Below are positions 1 through 9,185 of a stretch of DNA of 64,000 bases, in pieces (positions within the stretch are counted from its first letter, which is position 1; every line of letters starts with the position of its first letter). Under the pieces are notes generated by a model. It was not told the DNA's origin. It was given only the letters and a program-made list of their open reading frames with translations, and did not search any database. The translations under genes and the position numbers were made by a program. Source of the DNA: an uncultured Acidimicrobiaceae bacterium (GTDB lineage: Bacteria > Actinomycetota > Acidimicrobiia > Acidimicrobiales > RAAP-2); the NCBI GenBank assembly GCA_963833585.1, contig CAWHYF010000005.1, forward strand, positions 769,774 to 833,773, given 5' to 3'.

Positions 1-17
1 ATCCGGGGCCCGGACCT

Positions 18-728
18 TCACCCACCGAGGCGCAGCCTCCGGAACCCTTCGGCGAAGGGCACGCCGGCTTGCCGCCCGGCATCCTCGGCCCCCAACCTGA
101 CCGCCGTCGAGGCCCACTCCACTCCGTCGGGGAACTGACTCCGGTGGCAGGCCACCGCCTCCCCCTTGACGTCCACCGTTGACGAGATGTCCACCCAGAC
201 ATCGGGCTCGAGGGTGCCGGACATGAGGACCGTGGTCACCTGGTGAGCCGGGCCGGCCCGGGGGAAGTAGTGAGGGAGCGCCGCCGCCGGCGAGACCGCG
301 TCGAGCGCCGCCATGCCGGTGATCCGGTGGTCGCGGTGGTTGAAGTAGTCGTGGCCGAAGAACACCGCGGTCGGGTCGGGGCAGAGCACGACGTCGGGTC
401 GGAAGCGGCGCACCGCCGTCACCAGCGCCTCGCGGAGGTCGGCGTCGTCGCCCAGCTCCCCGTCCCGGTAGTTGAGGGAGTCCTGGCCGGCGACGCCCAG
501 GCACTCCGCCGCCTCGGCCGACTCCATGGCACGTCGGGCCGCCAGCTCGGACGGGTCGACGGAGGGATCCGATGACCCCTTGCCCCCGTCGGTACACAGG
601 ATGATCCGTACCTCGCAACCGGCCTTGGCCCAGACGGCCAGCGTCCCACCACACGAGACATCCGGGTCGTCCGGGTGGGCGTAGATGGCCAGGACCCGTC
701 CGGGCGTGTCGGTGAGCAGCTCCGCCAT
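18..728 (-). CDS. PIG-L/LmbE-family zinc deacetylase (MshB/Mca-like)
   Basis: Track ORF 18..1115 trimmed to the ATG at 728 (MAELLTDTPGRVLAIYAHPDDPD...). It has the AHPDDxD and HxDH (NHRDHRI) motifs of the LmbE fold. The longer ORF upstream is Arg/Gly-rich and overlaps nrdR. Confidence 0.8.
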   Translation of the reverse strand: MAELLTDTPGRVLAIYAHPDDPDVSCGGTLAVWAKAGCEVRIILCTDGGKGSSDPSVDPSELAARRAMESAEAAECLGVAGQDSLNYRDGELGDDADLREALVTAVRRFRPDVVLCPDPTAVFFGHDYFNHRDHRITGMAALDAVSPAAALPHYFPRAGPAHQVTTVLMSGTLEPDVWVDISSTVDVKGEAVACHRSQFPDGVEWASTAVRLGAEDAGRQAGVPFAEGFRRLRLGG

Positions 729-730
729 GT

Positions 731-1204
731 TCAGGCCTCGGGTTGCTTCGGCGCCGTGGTCTTGGTGAGGAGACCGACCTCCCGGCGGAAGTCGTCGACG
801 CCCTCGAACCCCTTGTAGACACTGGCGAACCGCAGGTAGGCCACCTCGTCCACCTCTCGGAGTCGTTCCAGCACCGCCAGACCCACCTCCTCGGAGGTGG
901 GTTCGGAGCCGTCCTCCCTCAGCTCGTCCTCCACTTCTTGGGCCACCGTCCCGAGCTGCTCCTCGGTCACCGGCCTGTTCTTGGTGGCTGAGCGCAGCCC
1001 GTCGATCAACTTGCCCCGGTCGAAGGGCTGCCGGAGGCCCGACCGCTTGATGACCATCAGCGGGATCTCGTCGACTCGCTCGAAGGTGGTGTAGCGGCGG
1101 CCACAGCTGACGCACTCCCGACGGCGCCGGATGGCGGCTCCCTCCTCGGCCAATCTCGAGTCGACCACCCGATCGTCGTCAGCCAGGCACCAGGGGCATC
1201 GCAC
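731..1204 (-). CDS. nrdR: Transcriptional repressor NrdR
   Basis: 157 aa with an N-terminal CxxC...CxxC zinc ribbon (MRCPWC...CVSCGRRYTTFE) followed by an ATP-cone. Full-length family match by eye. Confidence 0.95.
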   Translation of the reverse strand: MRCPWCLADDDRVVDSRLAEEGAAIRRRRECVSCGRRYTTFERVDEIPLMVIKRSGLRQPFDRGKLIDGLRSATKNRPVTEEQLGTVAQEVEDELREDGSEPTSEEVGLAVLERLREVDEVAYLRFASVYKGFEGVDDFRREVGLLTKTTAPKQPEA

Positions 1205-1285
1205 GACACGAGGCTAGTGCTCCTCCCCATGGGCAGCCCGTCGTCCGAAGCCCTCGGAGCCGGGTCGAGGCGGGCCGGGCGGCCG

Positions 1286-1759
1286 TCAGGGCAGGACGAT
1301 CCGCTCGCCCGGCACCACGGTGTCCGAGCCGGTCTGCGCGGCCAGTCTGGCCACCAGCGGACGGGGATCGGCGGTTGGTTCCAGCCGCTCGGCGATGGTC
1401 CACAGGGTGTCACCCGGCTGCACGGTGTAGGTGGCGCCCTGGGTCTCCGCCGGAGCGGAACCGGTGGGGTGGGAGTGACCACCGGTCCCGCTCAGCGGAA
1501 GAGCTAGCAACACGGCGAGGAGGGCCGTGGTGGCGAGAAGCGTCCGGCGGCGGCGGACGGCGACCGAAGCCCGCGGGCGACCGGGGCGGTGCCCGGCGCC
1601 TTCGGGCACCGGAGCCAGGTGGGGGCGCCGGGTCCCCTCGCCGACCAGGGGATCACCGAGCGGGGCGGGCACCGTTCCCACCAGACGGAGGCCCGGGGCC
1701 CGGACGGGAGCGATCGGCCCGGCGGTCCGGTGGTCGGGCTCCAACCAGAGTGCCGTCAT
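1286..1759 (-). CDS. LysM-domain membrane protein, ChiZ-like (putative SOS-linked division inhibitor / cell-wall protein)
   Basis: ATG at 1759 (MTALWLEP...). It has a disordered Arg/Pro-rich N-terminus, one hydrophobic helix (LLATTALLAVLLALPLSG) and a C-terminal LysM (YTVQPGDTLWTIAERL). It lies between nrdR and the divergent lexA, as Rv2719c does in M. tuberculosis. Confidence 0.75.
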   Translation of the reverse strand: MTALWLEPDHRTAGPIAPVRAPGLRLVGTVPAPLGDPLVGEGTRRPHLAPVPEGAGHRPGRPRASVAVRRRRTLLATTALLAVLLALPLSGTGGHSHPTGSAPAETQGATYTVQPGDTLWTIAERLEPTADPRPLVARLAAQTGSDTVVPGERIVLP

Positions 1760-1903
1760 CGAGCTGACCTCCAATGCTGTTCGCCCCGGGTGGGGCGGGC
1801 CGCGAGCCCGGCCCATTCGTGCGTCTCGACAGGGTCTGTGTCCATGGTCACGGTGTACTCCGGGGGTGTGACACCACTCCGGCCCCGGCCCCGACCGGCT
1901 CCA

Positions 1904-1919
1904 TCGAACCTGTGTTCGT
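1904..1919. promoter_or_regulatory. LexA operator (SOS box) 1: TCGAAC-CTGT-GTTCGT
   Basis: 11/12 match to the actinobacterial consensus TCGAAC-N4-GTTCGA, in the lexA / LysM-nrdR divergent intergenic region. Confidence 0.75.
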
Positions 1920-1936
1920 CATGGGCTCATGTCAGC

Positions 1937-1952
1937 ACGAACGCCTGTTCGC
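1937..1952. promoter_or_regulatory. LexA operator (SOS box) 2: ACGAAC-GCCT-GTTCGC
   Basis: 10/12 match to TCGAAC-N4-GTTCGA; starts 33 bp downstream of box 1. Confidence 0.7.
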
Positions 1953-1966
1953 TGTCAAGCGATTCT

Positions 1967-1982
1967 TCGAACGGGTGTTTGC
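1967..1982. promoter_or_regulatory. LexA operator (SOS box) 3, degenerate: TCGAAC-GGGT-GTTTGC
   Basis: 9/12 match with a perfect left half-site; starts 30 bp downstream of box 2 and about 100 bp upstream of the lexA ATG. Confidence 0.5.
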
Positions 1983-2084
1983 TTTCGCACCTCCCGGGCA
2001 CTACGTTCTTCCAAACAGACGTTCGCCATCCGGCCGGACGTGAGGCGATGCGGGCGGCGACGCCTGTGGCGACCAAGGAGAGCC

Positions 2085-2714
2085 ATGGCCCAGGTACTGA
2101 GCACCAAGCGCAAGCAGATTCTGGACTGCATCTCCGAGGCGGTCCGGGAGCGGGGCTACCCCCCGTCGGTGCGGGAGATCGGTGAGTCGGTCGGTCTCAC
2201 TTCCTCCTCCACCGTCCACGCCCACCTCGCCGTCCTCCAGCGAGAGGGGTACCTCCGACGGGACCCGACCAAGCCGCGGGCCATCGAGGTCTGCTACGAC
2301 CCGTCGTCCAAGGTGATCATGGACTCCCGTCCGATCCGGCACGTCCCGCTGGTCGGCGACGTAGCCGCGGGAACCGGCGTCCTGGCCCAGGAGAACGTGG
2401 AGGAGCTCTACCCCCTGCCCGAGGACTTCACCGGCAACGGGACGCTCTTCATGGTCACGGTGCGGGGCGACTCGATGATCGACGCCGGGATCATGGACGG
2501 CGACTTCGTCGTCGTCCGTCAGCAGCCCACGGCCGACGAGGGCGACGTGGTGGTGGCGGGCATCCCCGACGGGGAGGCCACCGTCAAGCGGCTGTCCGCC
2601 CGCGACGGGAAGGTGGTCCTGCAGCCGGCCAACCAACGGCTCTCCCCCATGGAGTTCGAGCCCGGGGAAGTGACCATCTACGGCCGGGTGGTGACGGTGC
2701 TGCGCCGTCTCTGA
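2085..2714 (+). CDS. lexA: LexA repressor (S24 self-cleaving peptidase)
   Basis: ATG at 2085 (MAQVLSTKRKQILDCI...). It has a winged-helix N-terminal domain, the AAG cleavage site (VAAGTG), the Ser nucleophile in RGDSM and Lys in VKRL. The track ORF starting at 1929 is an unlikely extension across the operators. Confidence 0.95.
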   Translation: MAQVLSTKRKQILDCISEAVRERGYPPSVREIGESVGLTSSSTVHAHLAVLQREGYLRRDPTKPRAIEVCYDPSSKVIMDSRPIRHVPLVGDVAAGTGVLAQENVEELYPLPEDFTGNGTLFMVTVRGDSMIDAGIMDGDFVVVRQQPTADEGDVVVAGIPDGEATVKRLSARDGKVVLQPANQRLSPMEFEPGEVTIYGRVVTVLRRL

Positions 2715-2755
2715 GGGCTGGCCGTCACTGAGGGTCGTCCCCGTCCGGGGCCGGT

Positions 2756-3757
2756 CTACGCCGGAGGCGTGGTCACCCCGACCGAGGTCATGTCGGGGTA
2801 GCGGTTCCCGGCCCCGGCCCCTACCGGGAAGACCTCCTCGAGTGCGGCGAGGTCGAGGTCGCTGAGCTCCACGTCCAACGCGGCCACGTTCTCCTCGAGG
2901 TAGGTGCGGCGCTTGGTTCCGGGAATCGGGACCACGTCATCGCCCCGGGAGAGGACCCAGGCCAGGGCCAGCTGGCCCGGCGTGCAGCCTTTCTGAGCGG
3001 CCAGCCGGCGCACCTGGTCCACCAGCTCGATGTTGTGGGCGAAGTTCTCCCCGGTGAACCGGGGCAGGTGGGCCCGGAAGTCGCCCTCGGGAAAGTCGTC
3101 CGGCGCGGTGATCTGGCCGGTCAGGAAGCCCCGACCGAGTGGGCTGTAGGCCACCAGGCCGATCCCCAGCTCCCGGGCGGTGTCGATCACCGGGCCCTCG
3201 AGGTCGCGGCTCCACAGAGACCATTCGCTCTGGAGGGCGGCGATCGGGTGGACGGCACAGGCCCGGCGCATGGTGTCGGGCAGGGCCTCGGACAGGCCCA
3301 GGTACCGGACCTTGCCCTCGGACACCAGCTCGGCCATGGCGCCAACCGTCTCCTCGATGGGGACCTTCCCGTCCGTGCGGTGCTGGTAGTAGAGGTCGAT
3401 GTGGTCCACGCCCAGCCTCCCGAGCGAGCCCTCGCAGGCCTGGCGCACGTAGGCCGGGTCACCCCGGACCGTCCGTACCGCCGGGTCGGGGCCCCGGGAG
3501 ATACCGAACTTGGTGGCCAGCACCACCTGGTCCCGACGGTCGGCGATGGCCCGGCCTACCAGCTGCTCGTTGAGGTACGGGCCGTACATGTCCGAGGTGT
3601 CGAGGAAGGTGATCCCGAGGTCGAGGGCGCGGTGGATGGTGCTGATCGACTCGTCGTCGTCGCCCTTCCCGTAGAACTCGCTCATCCCCATGCAACCGAG
3701 GCCCTCGGCCGAGACCTCGAGCCCGGCGCGGCCCAGGGTGCGGGTCGGCGCGGTCAT
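2756..3757 (-). CDS. Aldo/keto reductase
   Basis: 333 aa with the GLGCMGMS...FLDTSDMYG...LYYQHR pattern of the AKR family. ATGA overlap with the dapE stop. Confidence 0.85.
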   Translation of the reverse strand: MTAPTRTLGRAGLEVSAEGLGCMGMSEFYGKGDDDESISTIHRALDLGITFLDTSDMYGPYLNEQLVGRAIADRRDQVVLATKFGISRGPDPAVRTVRGDPAYVRQACEGSLGRLGVDHIDLYYQHRTDGKVPIEETVGAMAELVSEGKVRYLGLSEALPDTMRRACAVHPIAALQSEWSLWSRDLEGPVIDTARELGIGLVAYSPLGRGFLTGQITAPDDFPEGDFRAHLPRFTGENFAHNIELVDQVRRLAAQKGCTPGQLALAWVLSRGDDVVPIPGTKRRTYLEENVAALDVELSDLDLAALEEVFPVGAGAGNRYPDMTSVGVTTPPA

Positions 3758-4869
3758 GGTCCGACCCTACGCCCGGTACGGAGCAGCGTGCCCAGCACGG
3801 CGGCGGTCCGTTCCAGGGCGCCGGCGGTCACGTGCTCGTCCTGGGTGTGGGCCACCAGGGGGTCGCCGGGACCGAAGTTGGCGGCCGGGACCCCGTGGGC
3901 CCAGAGCGAGGAGGCGTCGGTCCAGCCCTGTTTGGCCACCGGACGGGTGCCGGTGGCGGCCACCAAGCCGGCCAGCAGCGGATGGTCCAGGGCCGGCGGC
4001 GCGCCAGCGGCCGAGTCGGCCAGCTCCCACCGGTCACCCGGCTCGAGGTGGGGCCCGAGGAGGTCCCGCAGGGAGGCCTCGGCCTCCTCGGGGGTCCGGT
4101 CCGGGGCGAAGCGGTGATTGATCAGCAACGAGGCCTGGTCGGGGACCACGTTGCCCGAGACCCCGCCGGCGATCTCGACCGCCTGGAGCTGCTCGACGTA
4201 CTCGCAGCCGTCCAGTACCGGCCGGCGGCCGCGGTAGGCCGCCACGGCATCCAGTACCGGCGCCAACCGGTGGATGGCGTTGCGGCCGGACTGGGGGCGG
4301 GCGGTGTGGGCCCGGCGTCCCTTCAGCGAGATCAGGATCCGGAGGGTCCCCTGGCAGCCCGCCTCCACCACCCCGTCCGTGGGCTCACCCAGGATGGCGG
4401 CGTCCGCCACCAGCAGTTCGGGCCGGTGCTCCCAGAGGTGGCGCAGCCCGTTGAACTCCTGGGCCACCTCCTCACCGGAGTAGAAGACCCAGGTCACGTC
4501 CACGGCCGGCTCGGGGATGGTGCCGGCCAGGTGGAGGAAGACGGCCAAGCCGCCCTTCATGTCGGCCGAACCGACCCCGTAGAGGGTCTCGCCCTCGATG
4601 CGGGGCTCCTCGTTCCCCCCCACCGGCGGGACGGTGTCGAGATGGCCGGCCATCAGGACCCGGTACTGACGACCGAGGTCGGTCCGGGCCACCACGTTGT
4701 GGCCCAGGCGCTCGACCTCCAGCCAGGGGCACAGCCGCAGCGCCGCCTCCACCGCGTCGGCCATCGGGCCCTCGACGTGGCTGACCGAGGGAATGGCGAC
4801 CAGCGCCGTGGTCAGCCCGAACAGACCGTCGGGCATCGGGTGGGCGCCCTCGGGAGCCCCGCTGCTCAC
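3754..4869 (-). CDS. dapE: Succinyl-diaminopimelate desuccinylase (M20 peptidase)
   Basis: 371 aa M20 signature ([19 protein letters not shown]). GTGA overlap with the dapD stop. Confidence 0.8.
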   Translation of the reverse strand: MSSGAPEGAHPMPDGLFGLTTALVAIPSVSHVEGPMADAVEAALRLCPWLEVERLGHNVVARTDLGRQYRVLMAGHLDTVPPVGGNEEPRIEGETLYGVGSADMKGGLAVFLHLAGTIPEPAVDVTWVFYSGEEVAQEFNGLRHLWEHRPELLVADAAILGEPTDGVVEAGCQGTLRILISLKGRRAHTARPQSGRNAIHRLAPVLDAVAAYRGRRPVLDGCEYVEQLQAVEIAGGVSGNVVPDQASLLINHRFAPDRTPEEAEASLRDLLGPHLEPGDRWELADSAAGAPPALDHPLLAGLVAATGTRPVAKQGWTDASSLWAHGVPAANFGPGDPLVAHTQDEHVTAGALERTAAVLGTLLRTGRRVGP

Positions 4870-5693
4870 GTGGAGACACCGTGGTGGCGCAGAATGTCAT
4901 TGAGCTGGGCCTTGTCGTGCCGCTCCCCCTCCGTCAGCGTCTTGATGACCAGCACACAGGGCAGGAAGAACTCCCCGCCGGGGAACTCCCGCCGCCGGGA
5001 GGCCTGGACCGCCACCGACCAGGGGGGGACGTGCCCGCGGCTGATCTCGTCGCCGGACAGCGCGTCGATCACCGGGATGGACGGGTTGAGGATGGTCCCC
5101 TCCCCCACCACCGAGCCCCGGCTGACCCGCGCCCCCTGGGTGATCATGCACCGGCTCCCGATCATGACCTCGTCCTCGATGATCACCGGCGCGGCCTGGG
5201 CCGGCTCCAGCACGCCGCCGATGCCCACCCCACCGGAGAGGTGGACCTGTTCCCCGATCTGTGCGCAAGACCCGACCGTGGCCCAGGTGTCCACCATGGT
5301 CCCGGCGCCCACCCGGGCCCCGATGTTGACGTAGCTGGGCATGCAGATGACCCCGTTGCCCAGAAAAGAGCCCCACCGGGCCGAGGCCCCCGGTACGACC
5401 CGGACCCCGGAGGCGGCGTACCCCTTCTTGAGCGGGAGCTTGTCGGCGTACTCAAAGGGACCCACCTCCATCGTCTCCATCGCCTTCAGCCGGAACAGGA
5501 GCAGGATGGCCTGCTTCAGCCACTGGTGCACGACCACCTGGTCGGTGGCCGGATCCACCTCGGCCACCCGGGCCTGGCCCGAGTCGAGCAGACCCACGGC
5601 CTCGGTCACCACCGCCAGCGCGTCGGTGTCGGTAGGGCCGAGCTGTGCGGCGCGGGACCACAGCTCTTCGATCTGGGACTGGAGGTCTGCCAT
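4866..5693 (-). CDS. dapD: 2,3,4,5-tetrahydropyridine-2,6-dicarboxylate N-succinyltransferase
   Basis: 275 aa with left-handed beta-helix hexapeptide repeats (IGARVGAGTMVDTWATVGSCAQIGEQVHLSGGVGIGG) and the characteristic C-terminal region. Confidence 0.85.
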   Translation of the reverse strand: MADLQSQIEELWSRAAQLGPTDTDALAVVTEAVGLLDSGQARVAEVDPATDQVVVHQWLKQAILLLFRLKAMETMEVGPFEYADKLPLKKGYAASGVRVVPGASARWGSFLGNGVICMPSYVNIGARVGAGTMVDTWATVGSCAQIGEQVHLSGGVGIGGVLEPAQAAPVIIEDEVMIGSRCMITQGARVSRGSVVGEGTILNPSIPVIDALSGDEISRGHVPPWSVAVQASRRREFPGGEFFLPCVLVIKTLTEGERHDKAQLNDILRHHGVST

Positions 5694-5782
5694 GGCCAGA
5701 CGTTACCGCCGGGTCCGACCGGCCCGGCTCTGCATCCGTCCGCTGCCCCCGTCGAAGGGCCTGCCGCCTCCCGTCCTCCCGA

Positions 5783-6991
5783 TCACGCCGGGGACGCCGC
5801 GCCGAGCGACCGGCCGGCCAGCCGCCGGGCCACCAGTTGCAGCCGGTCCAGCGGCTGGACCACCGCCACCCGGACGTGGCCGGCGCCCCCGGGGCCGTAG
5901 AGGTCCCCGGGACTGGTCAGCAAACCACCCTCCAGGGCCAGCGCCTCGGCCAGCCCCCAGGCCCCGGCACCGCCGCCGTCGACCCAACCGCCGGGTACCG
6001 GAACCCAGAGGTAGAACCCGCCGGCCGGCAGCGGGGCCGGCACGCCGGCGTCGGACAGTACCCCCGCCACGAAGGCCAGCCGCTCCTGGTAGCGGTGTCG
6101 TTGCTCCACCACGTGGGTGTCGTCCGCGAGGGCGGCCACGGCTGCGGCCTGGACGGGGCCGGGAACCATCAGGCCGGCGTGGCGTCGGACGTCGACCAGG
6201 AAGCCGACCAGGTCCGGGTCGCCGGCGTAGAAGCCGGCTCTCACGCCGGCCAGGTTGGACCGCTTGGACAGGGAATGGACCGCCACCACGCCGTCCAGAC
6301 CGGCCGCCAGCGCCGAGGCCGGCGGGCCGTCCCAGGTGAACTCGGCGTAGCACTCGTCGGAGAACACCGGAATGCGGTGCCGGCGACCCCACCGGGCCAC
6401 CTCGGCCATGTCGGTCAGCTCGCCGGTGGGATTGGACGGCGTATTGGCCCAGACCATCAGGGCCCGTTCGACGTCCTCAGCCGCCACCGAGTCGAGGTCG
6501 AGGCCGCCGCCGGCGGGTGCGGGCACCGGTACCGGTCGGCACCCCCCGAGCAGTGCACCCATGGCGTAGGTGGGATAGGAGACCGCGGGATAGAGCACGG
6601 TGTCCCGGGCCGGGGTGCGAAGGCGGAGATACTGGGCCGCCGACGCCACGAACTCCTTGGTCCCCACGCACGCCGCCACCTCGGTGTCGGAGTCGAGGGT
6701 GACCCCGAACCGTCGGGCCAGCCACTCGCCGGCGGCCTGCCGGTAGGCCGGCGATCCCGGCGAGGTGGGGTAGCCCCGCTCGCTGCCCGAGGTCGCCAGG
6801 GCCTCCACCACCGCGTGGGGTGGCGGGTCGCACGGGGTCCCGATGGAACAGTCCACCAGTCCCCCGTCCCCGGCGAAACGGTCCTCGGCCCGGGACTTCA
6901 GTGCGTTGAGCCGGTCGTAGGGATACGGGGGCGGGTGGAAGCCGCCCCGGCGGCCGGGGTCCGGTGCCGGCGGTTCGGGGTGCACGCTCAC
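5783..6991 (-). CDS. dapC: Succinyldiaminopimelate aminotransferase (class I PLP aminotransferase)
   Basis: This is the C-terminal 403 codons of track ORF 5783..8095. The GTG at 6991 overlaps the hflX stop (GTGA). It has YPYDRL, NPSNPTG and the SLSKRSNLAG PLP-lysine motif. The dapC assignment rests on family and context beside dapD/dapE. The start could instead be the GTG at 6985. Confidence 0.7.
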   Translation of the reverse strand: MSVHPEPPAPDPGRRGGFHPPPYPYDRLNALKSRAEDRFAGDGGLVDCSIGTPCDPPPHAVVEALATSGSERGYPTSPGSPAYRQAAGEWLARRFGVTLDSDTEVAACVGTKEFVASAAQYLRLRTPARDTVLYPAVSYPTYAMGALLGGCRPVPVPAPAGGGLDLDSVAAEDVERALMVWANTPSNPTGELTDMAEVARWGRRHRIPVFSDECYAEFTWDGPPASALAAGLDGVVAVHSLSKRSNLAGVRAGFYAGDPDLVGFLVDVRRHAGLMVPGPVQAAAVAALADDTHVVEQRHRYQERLAFVAGVLSDAGVPAPLPAGGFYLWVPVPGGWVDGGGAGAWGLAEALALEGGLLTSPGDLYGPGGAGHVRVAVVQPLDRLQLVARRLAGRSLGAASPA

Positions 6992-8340
6992 GAGGCCACG
7001 AATTCGGCGAAGCGCGACTTGCCCACGTCGTCCAGTACCACCTGGACGCGGGTGGACGTCTCGCCGGCCACCTCGCCCACGATCTCGCCCTCGCGGTGCA
7101 CGGCGGCCAGCACGTCCCCACGGGCCCAGGGGATGTCCAGTTCGACCACCCGGTCGCCGACCCGGAGCCGGTCCCCCATGGCCACCAGCAGCTCGGGGAG
7201 ACCGTGGCCGGTGCGGGCCGAAACCATCACCGAACCCTCGTGGGCATCCATCAGCCGCCGGGCCTCCTCCCCGGCCCCACATCCGCCGGGGGCGGCCGAC
7301 CCGTTGTGTTCGGCGGCATCCCGGGTCGGGGCCAGGATGGCGTCGCTCTTGTTGACCACCAGCAGTTCGGGCAGCCCGTCGGCGCCGATCTCGGCCAGCA
7401 CCGTGCGGACCGCATCCACCTGCCCCTCGAAGTCGGGGGCCGAACCGTCCACCACATGGAGGATCAGGTCGGACTCCCCCACCTCCTCCAGCGTGGATCG
7501 GAACGCCTCGACCACCTGGTGAGGCAGCTTTCGCACAAATCCCACCGTGTCGGTGACCAGTACCTTCTCCCCGCCGGGCAGGTCCAGCTGCCGGGTCCGC
7601 GGGTCCAGGGTGGAGAAGAGCCGGTTCTGGACCAGGACGTCGGACCCACACAACCGGTTCAGGAGGGTGGACTTGCCGGCGTTGGTGTACCCCACCAGGG
7701 AGACGGTCCGTTGGCGGGAACGGGCCCGGCCCTTGCGTTGGGTGCGGCGGGTCTGGTCCAGCCGCCGCAGGTCCGCCTCCAACCGGGTCATCCGGCGCAC
7801 CAGCCGTCGCCGGTCGACCTCGAGGGCGGTCTCGCCGGGTCCCCGGGTGCCGATGCCTCCGGCCTGCTGGCTGAAGGCCCGCCCTCGACCCCGCAGACGG
7901 GGGAGCCGGTAGCGCAGCAGGGCCAGCTCGACCTGGGCCCGGCCCTCGGGACTGCGGGCGTTCTGGGCGAAGATGTCGAGGATGACGGCGGTGCGATCGA
8001 TGGCCGTCCGCCCCAGTATCTTCTCGAGGTTCCGCTGCTGGGCGGGCGAGAGGTCGTCGTCGAAGACCACCGTGTCGGCATCGACGGCCAGGCACACCGA
8101 CAGGAGCTCCTCGGCCTTGCCCCGGCCCAGGTAGGTGGCGGGATCGGGGGTGGCCCGGCGCTGGATGATCCGCTCCCCCACGTCGGCACCGGCCGTCCCG
8201 ACCAGCAGGGCCAGCTCGTCCAGCGCGGCTTCGGTGGCGGCCAGGGTGCCGTGGGGGAAGGTCACCCCGACCAGCACGATGCGCTCCCGTACCGTCCGGG
8301 AGATCAGGGTGTCGGTGAATGCGGAGTCGCTGGGGGTCAC
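6988..8340 (-). CDS. hflX: GTPase HflX
   Basis: 450 aa with the HflX N-terminal domain (LSPAQQRNLEKIL, LALLRYRLPRLRG) and a G-domain (GYTNAGKSTLLN, DTVGF, NKSD). Confidence 0.95.
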   Translation of the reverse strand: MTPSDSAFTDTLISRTVRERIVLVGVTFPHGTLAATEAALDELALLVGTAGADVGERIIQRRATPDPATYLGRGKAEELLSVCLAVDADTVVFDDDLSPAQQRNLEKILGRTAIDRTAVILDIFAQNARSPEGRAQVELALLRYRLPRLRGRGRAFSQQAGGIGTRGPGETALEVDRRRLVRRMTRLEADLRRLDQTRRTQRKGRARSRQRTVSLVGYTNAGKSTLLNRLCGSDVLVQNRLFSTLDPRTRQLDLPGGEKVLVTDTVGFVRKLPHQVVEAFRSTLEEVGESDLILHVVDGSAPDFEGQVDAVRTVLAEIGADGLPELLVVNKSDAILAPTRDAAEHNGSAAPGGCGAGEEARRLMDAHEGSVMVSARTGHGLPELLVAMGDRLRVGDRVVELDIPWARGDVLAAVHREGEIVGEVAGETSTRVQVVLDDVGKSRFAEFVAS

Positions 8341-9185
8341 CGGCGGGATCCGGCCGTCAGCATCGCCGGATCGACCTCGAGGTCGGCCACCCGGGTCACC
8401 GGGCCGCTCAGTACCGCGGCGTCCTGACCGAGCTCGACCCGGAGGGCCCCGCCCGGGTTGCGGACCTCGACCGTGTCACCGACCAGGCCCCACCCGTGGG
8501 CGGCCGCGGCGGCCGCGGCACTGCCGGTGCCGCAGGCCAGGGTCTCCCCCACCCCCCGCTCGAACACCCGGAGGGTGAGGGTGTCGGGATCGGGGCCGGC
8601 GGCGATGAACTCGACGTTGATCCCTCCGGGGAAGTCCGCTTGGAGTTTGGCGCCGATCTCGGTCACCTCCAGCCCGGCCGGGTCGTCAACCAGGAGCACC
8701 AGGTGGGGGTTGCCCATGTCGACCAGTTGGGCCCGGCCCCCGGGCAGGAGGGGGGCCCGCTCCGGCCCCAGCCGGGGCGCACCCATGTCCACCGAGGCCC
8801 AGTCCGTTCCCTCGTGGCCGCCCTCCCGGAACTCGACGGTCCGCACCCCGCTCGGGGTGGCCACGGTGAAGGTCGGTGGCCTGGCCAGCCCGGCACCCAC
8901 CGCCGCCTGGGCGAGACAGCGCATCCCGTTCCCGGTCATCTCGGCGGTGCCGCCGTCGGCGTTGGTCAGGTCCATGGTCAGGTCGGCACCTTGCGAGCCC
9001 GCCCGGATCCTGATCAACCCGTCCGCGCCCACCCCCAGCCGGCGGTGGCACAGGGCCCGCACCGTGTCGGCGGTCAGTCCGGCCCGGTCGTCCAGGTCCA
9101 CCAGGACCAGGAAGTCGTTGCCGGCACCGTGGTGCTTGGTGAGGTGCAGGCGGGGGCGGGGGCGGGGGGCCAGGGTGGGGTTCAT
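8337..9185 (-). CDS. dapF: Diaminopimelate epimerase
   Basis: HGAGNDFLVL motif and the second active-site Cys region (LACGTGSAAAA). The ATG at 9185 gives an ATGA overlap with the miaA stop; the track start at 9200 is also possible. Confidence 0.9.
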   Translation of the reverse strand: MNPTLAPRPRPRLHLTKHHGAGNDFLVLVDLDDRAGLTADTVRALCHRRLGVGADGLIRIRAGSQGADLTMDLTNADGGTAEMTGNGMRCLAQAAVGAGLARPPTFTVATPSGVRTVEFREGGHEGTDWASVDMGAPRLGPERAPLLPGGRAQLVDMGNPHLVLLVDDPAGLEVTEIGAKLQADFPGGINVEFIAAGPDPDTLTLRVFERGVGETLACGTGSAAAAAAAHGWGLVGDTVEVRNPGGALRVELGQDAAVLSGPVTRVADLEVDPAMLTAGSRR

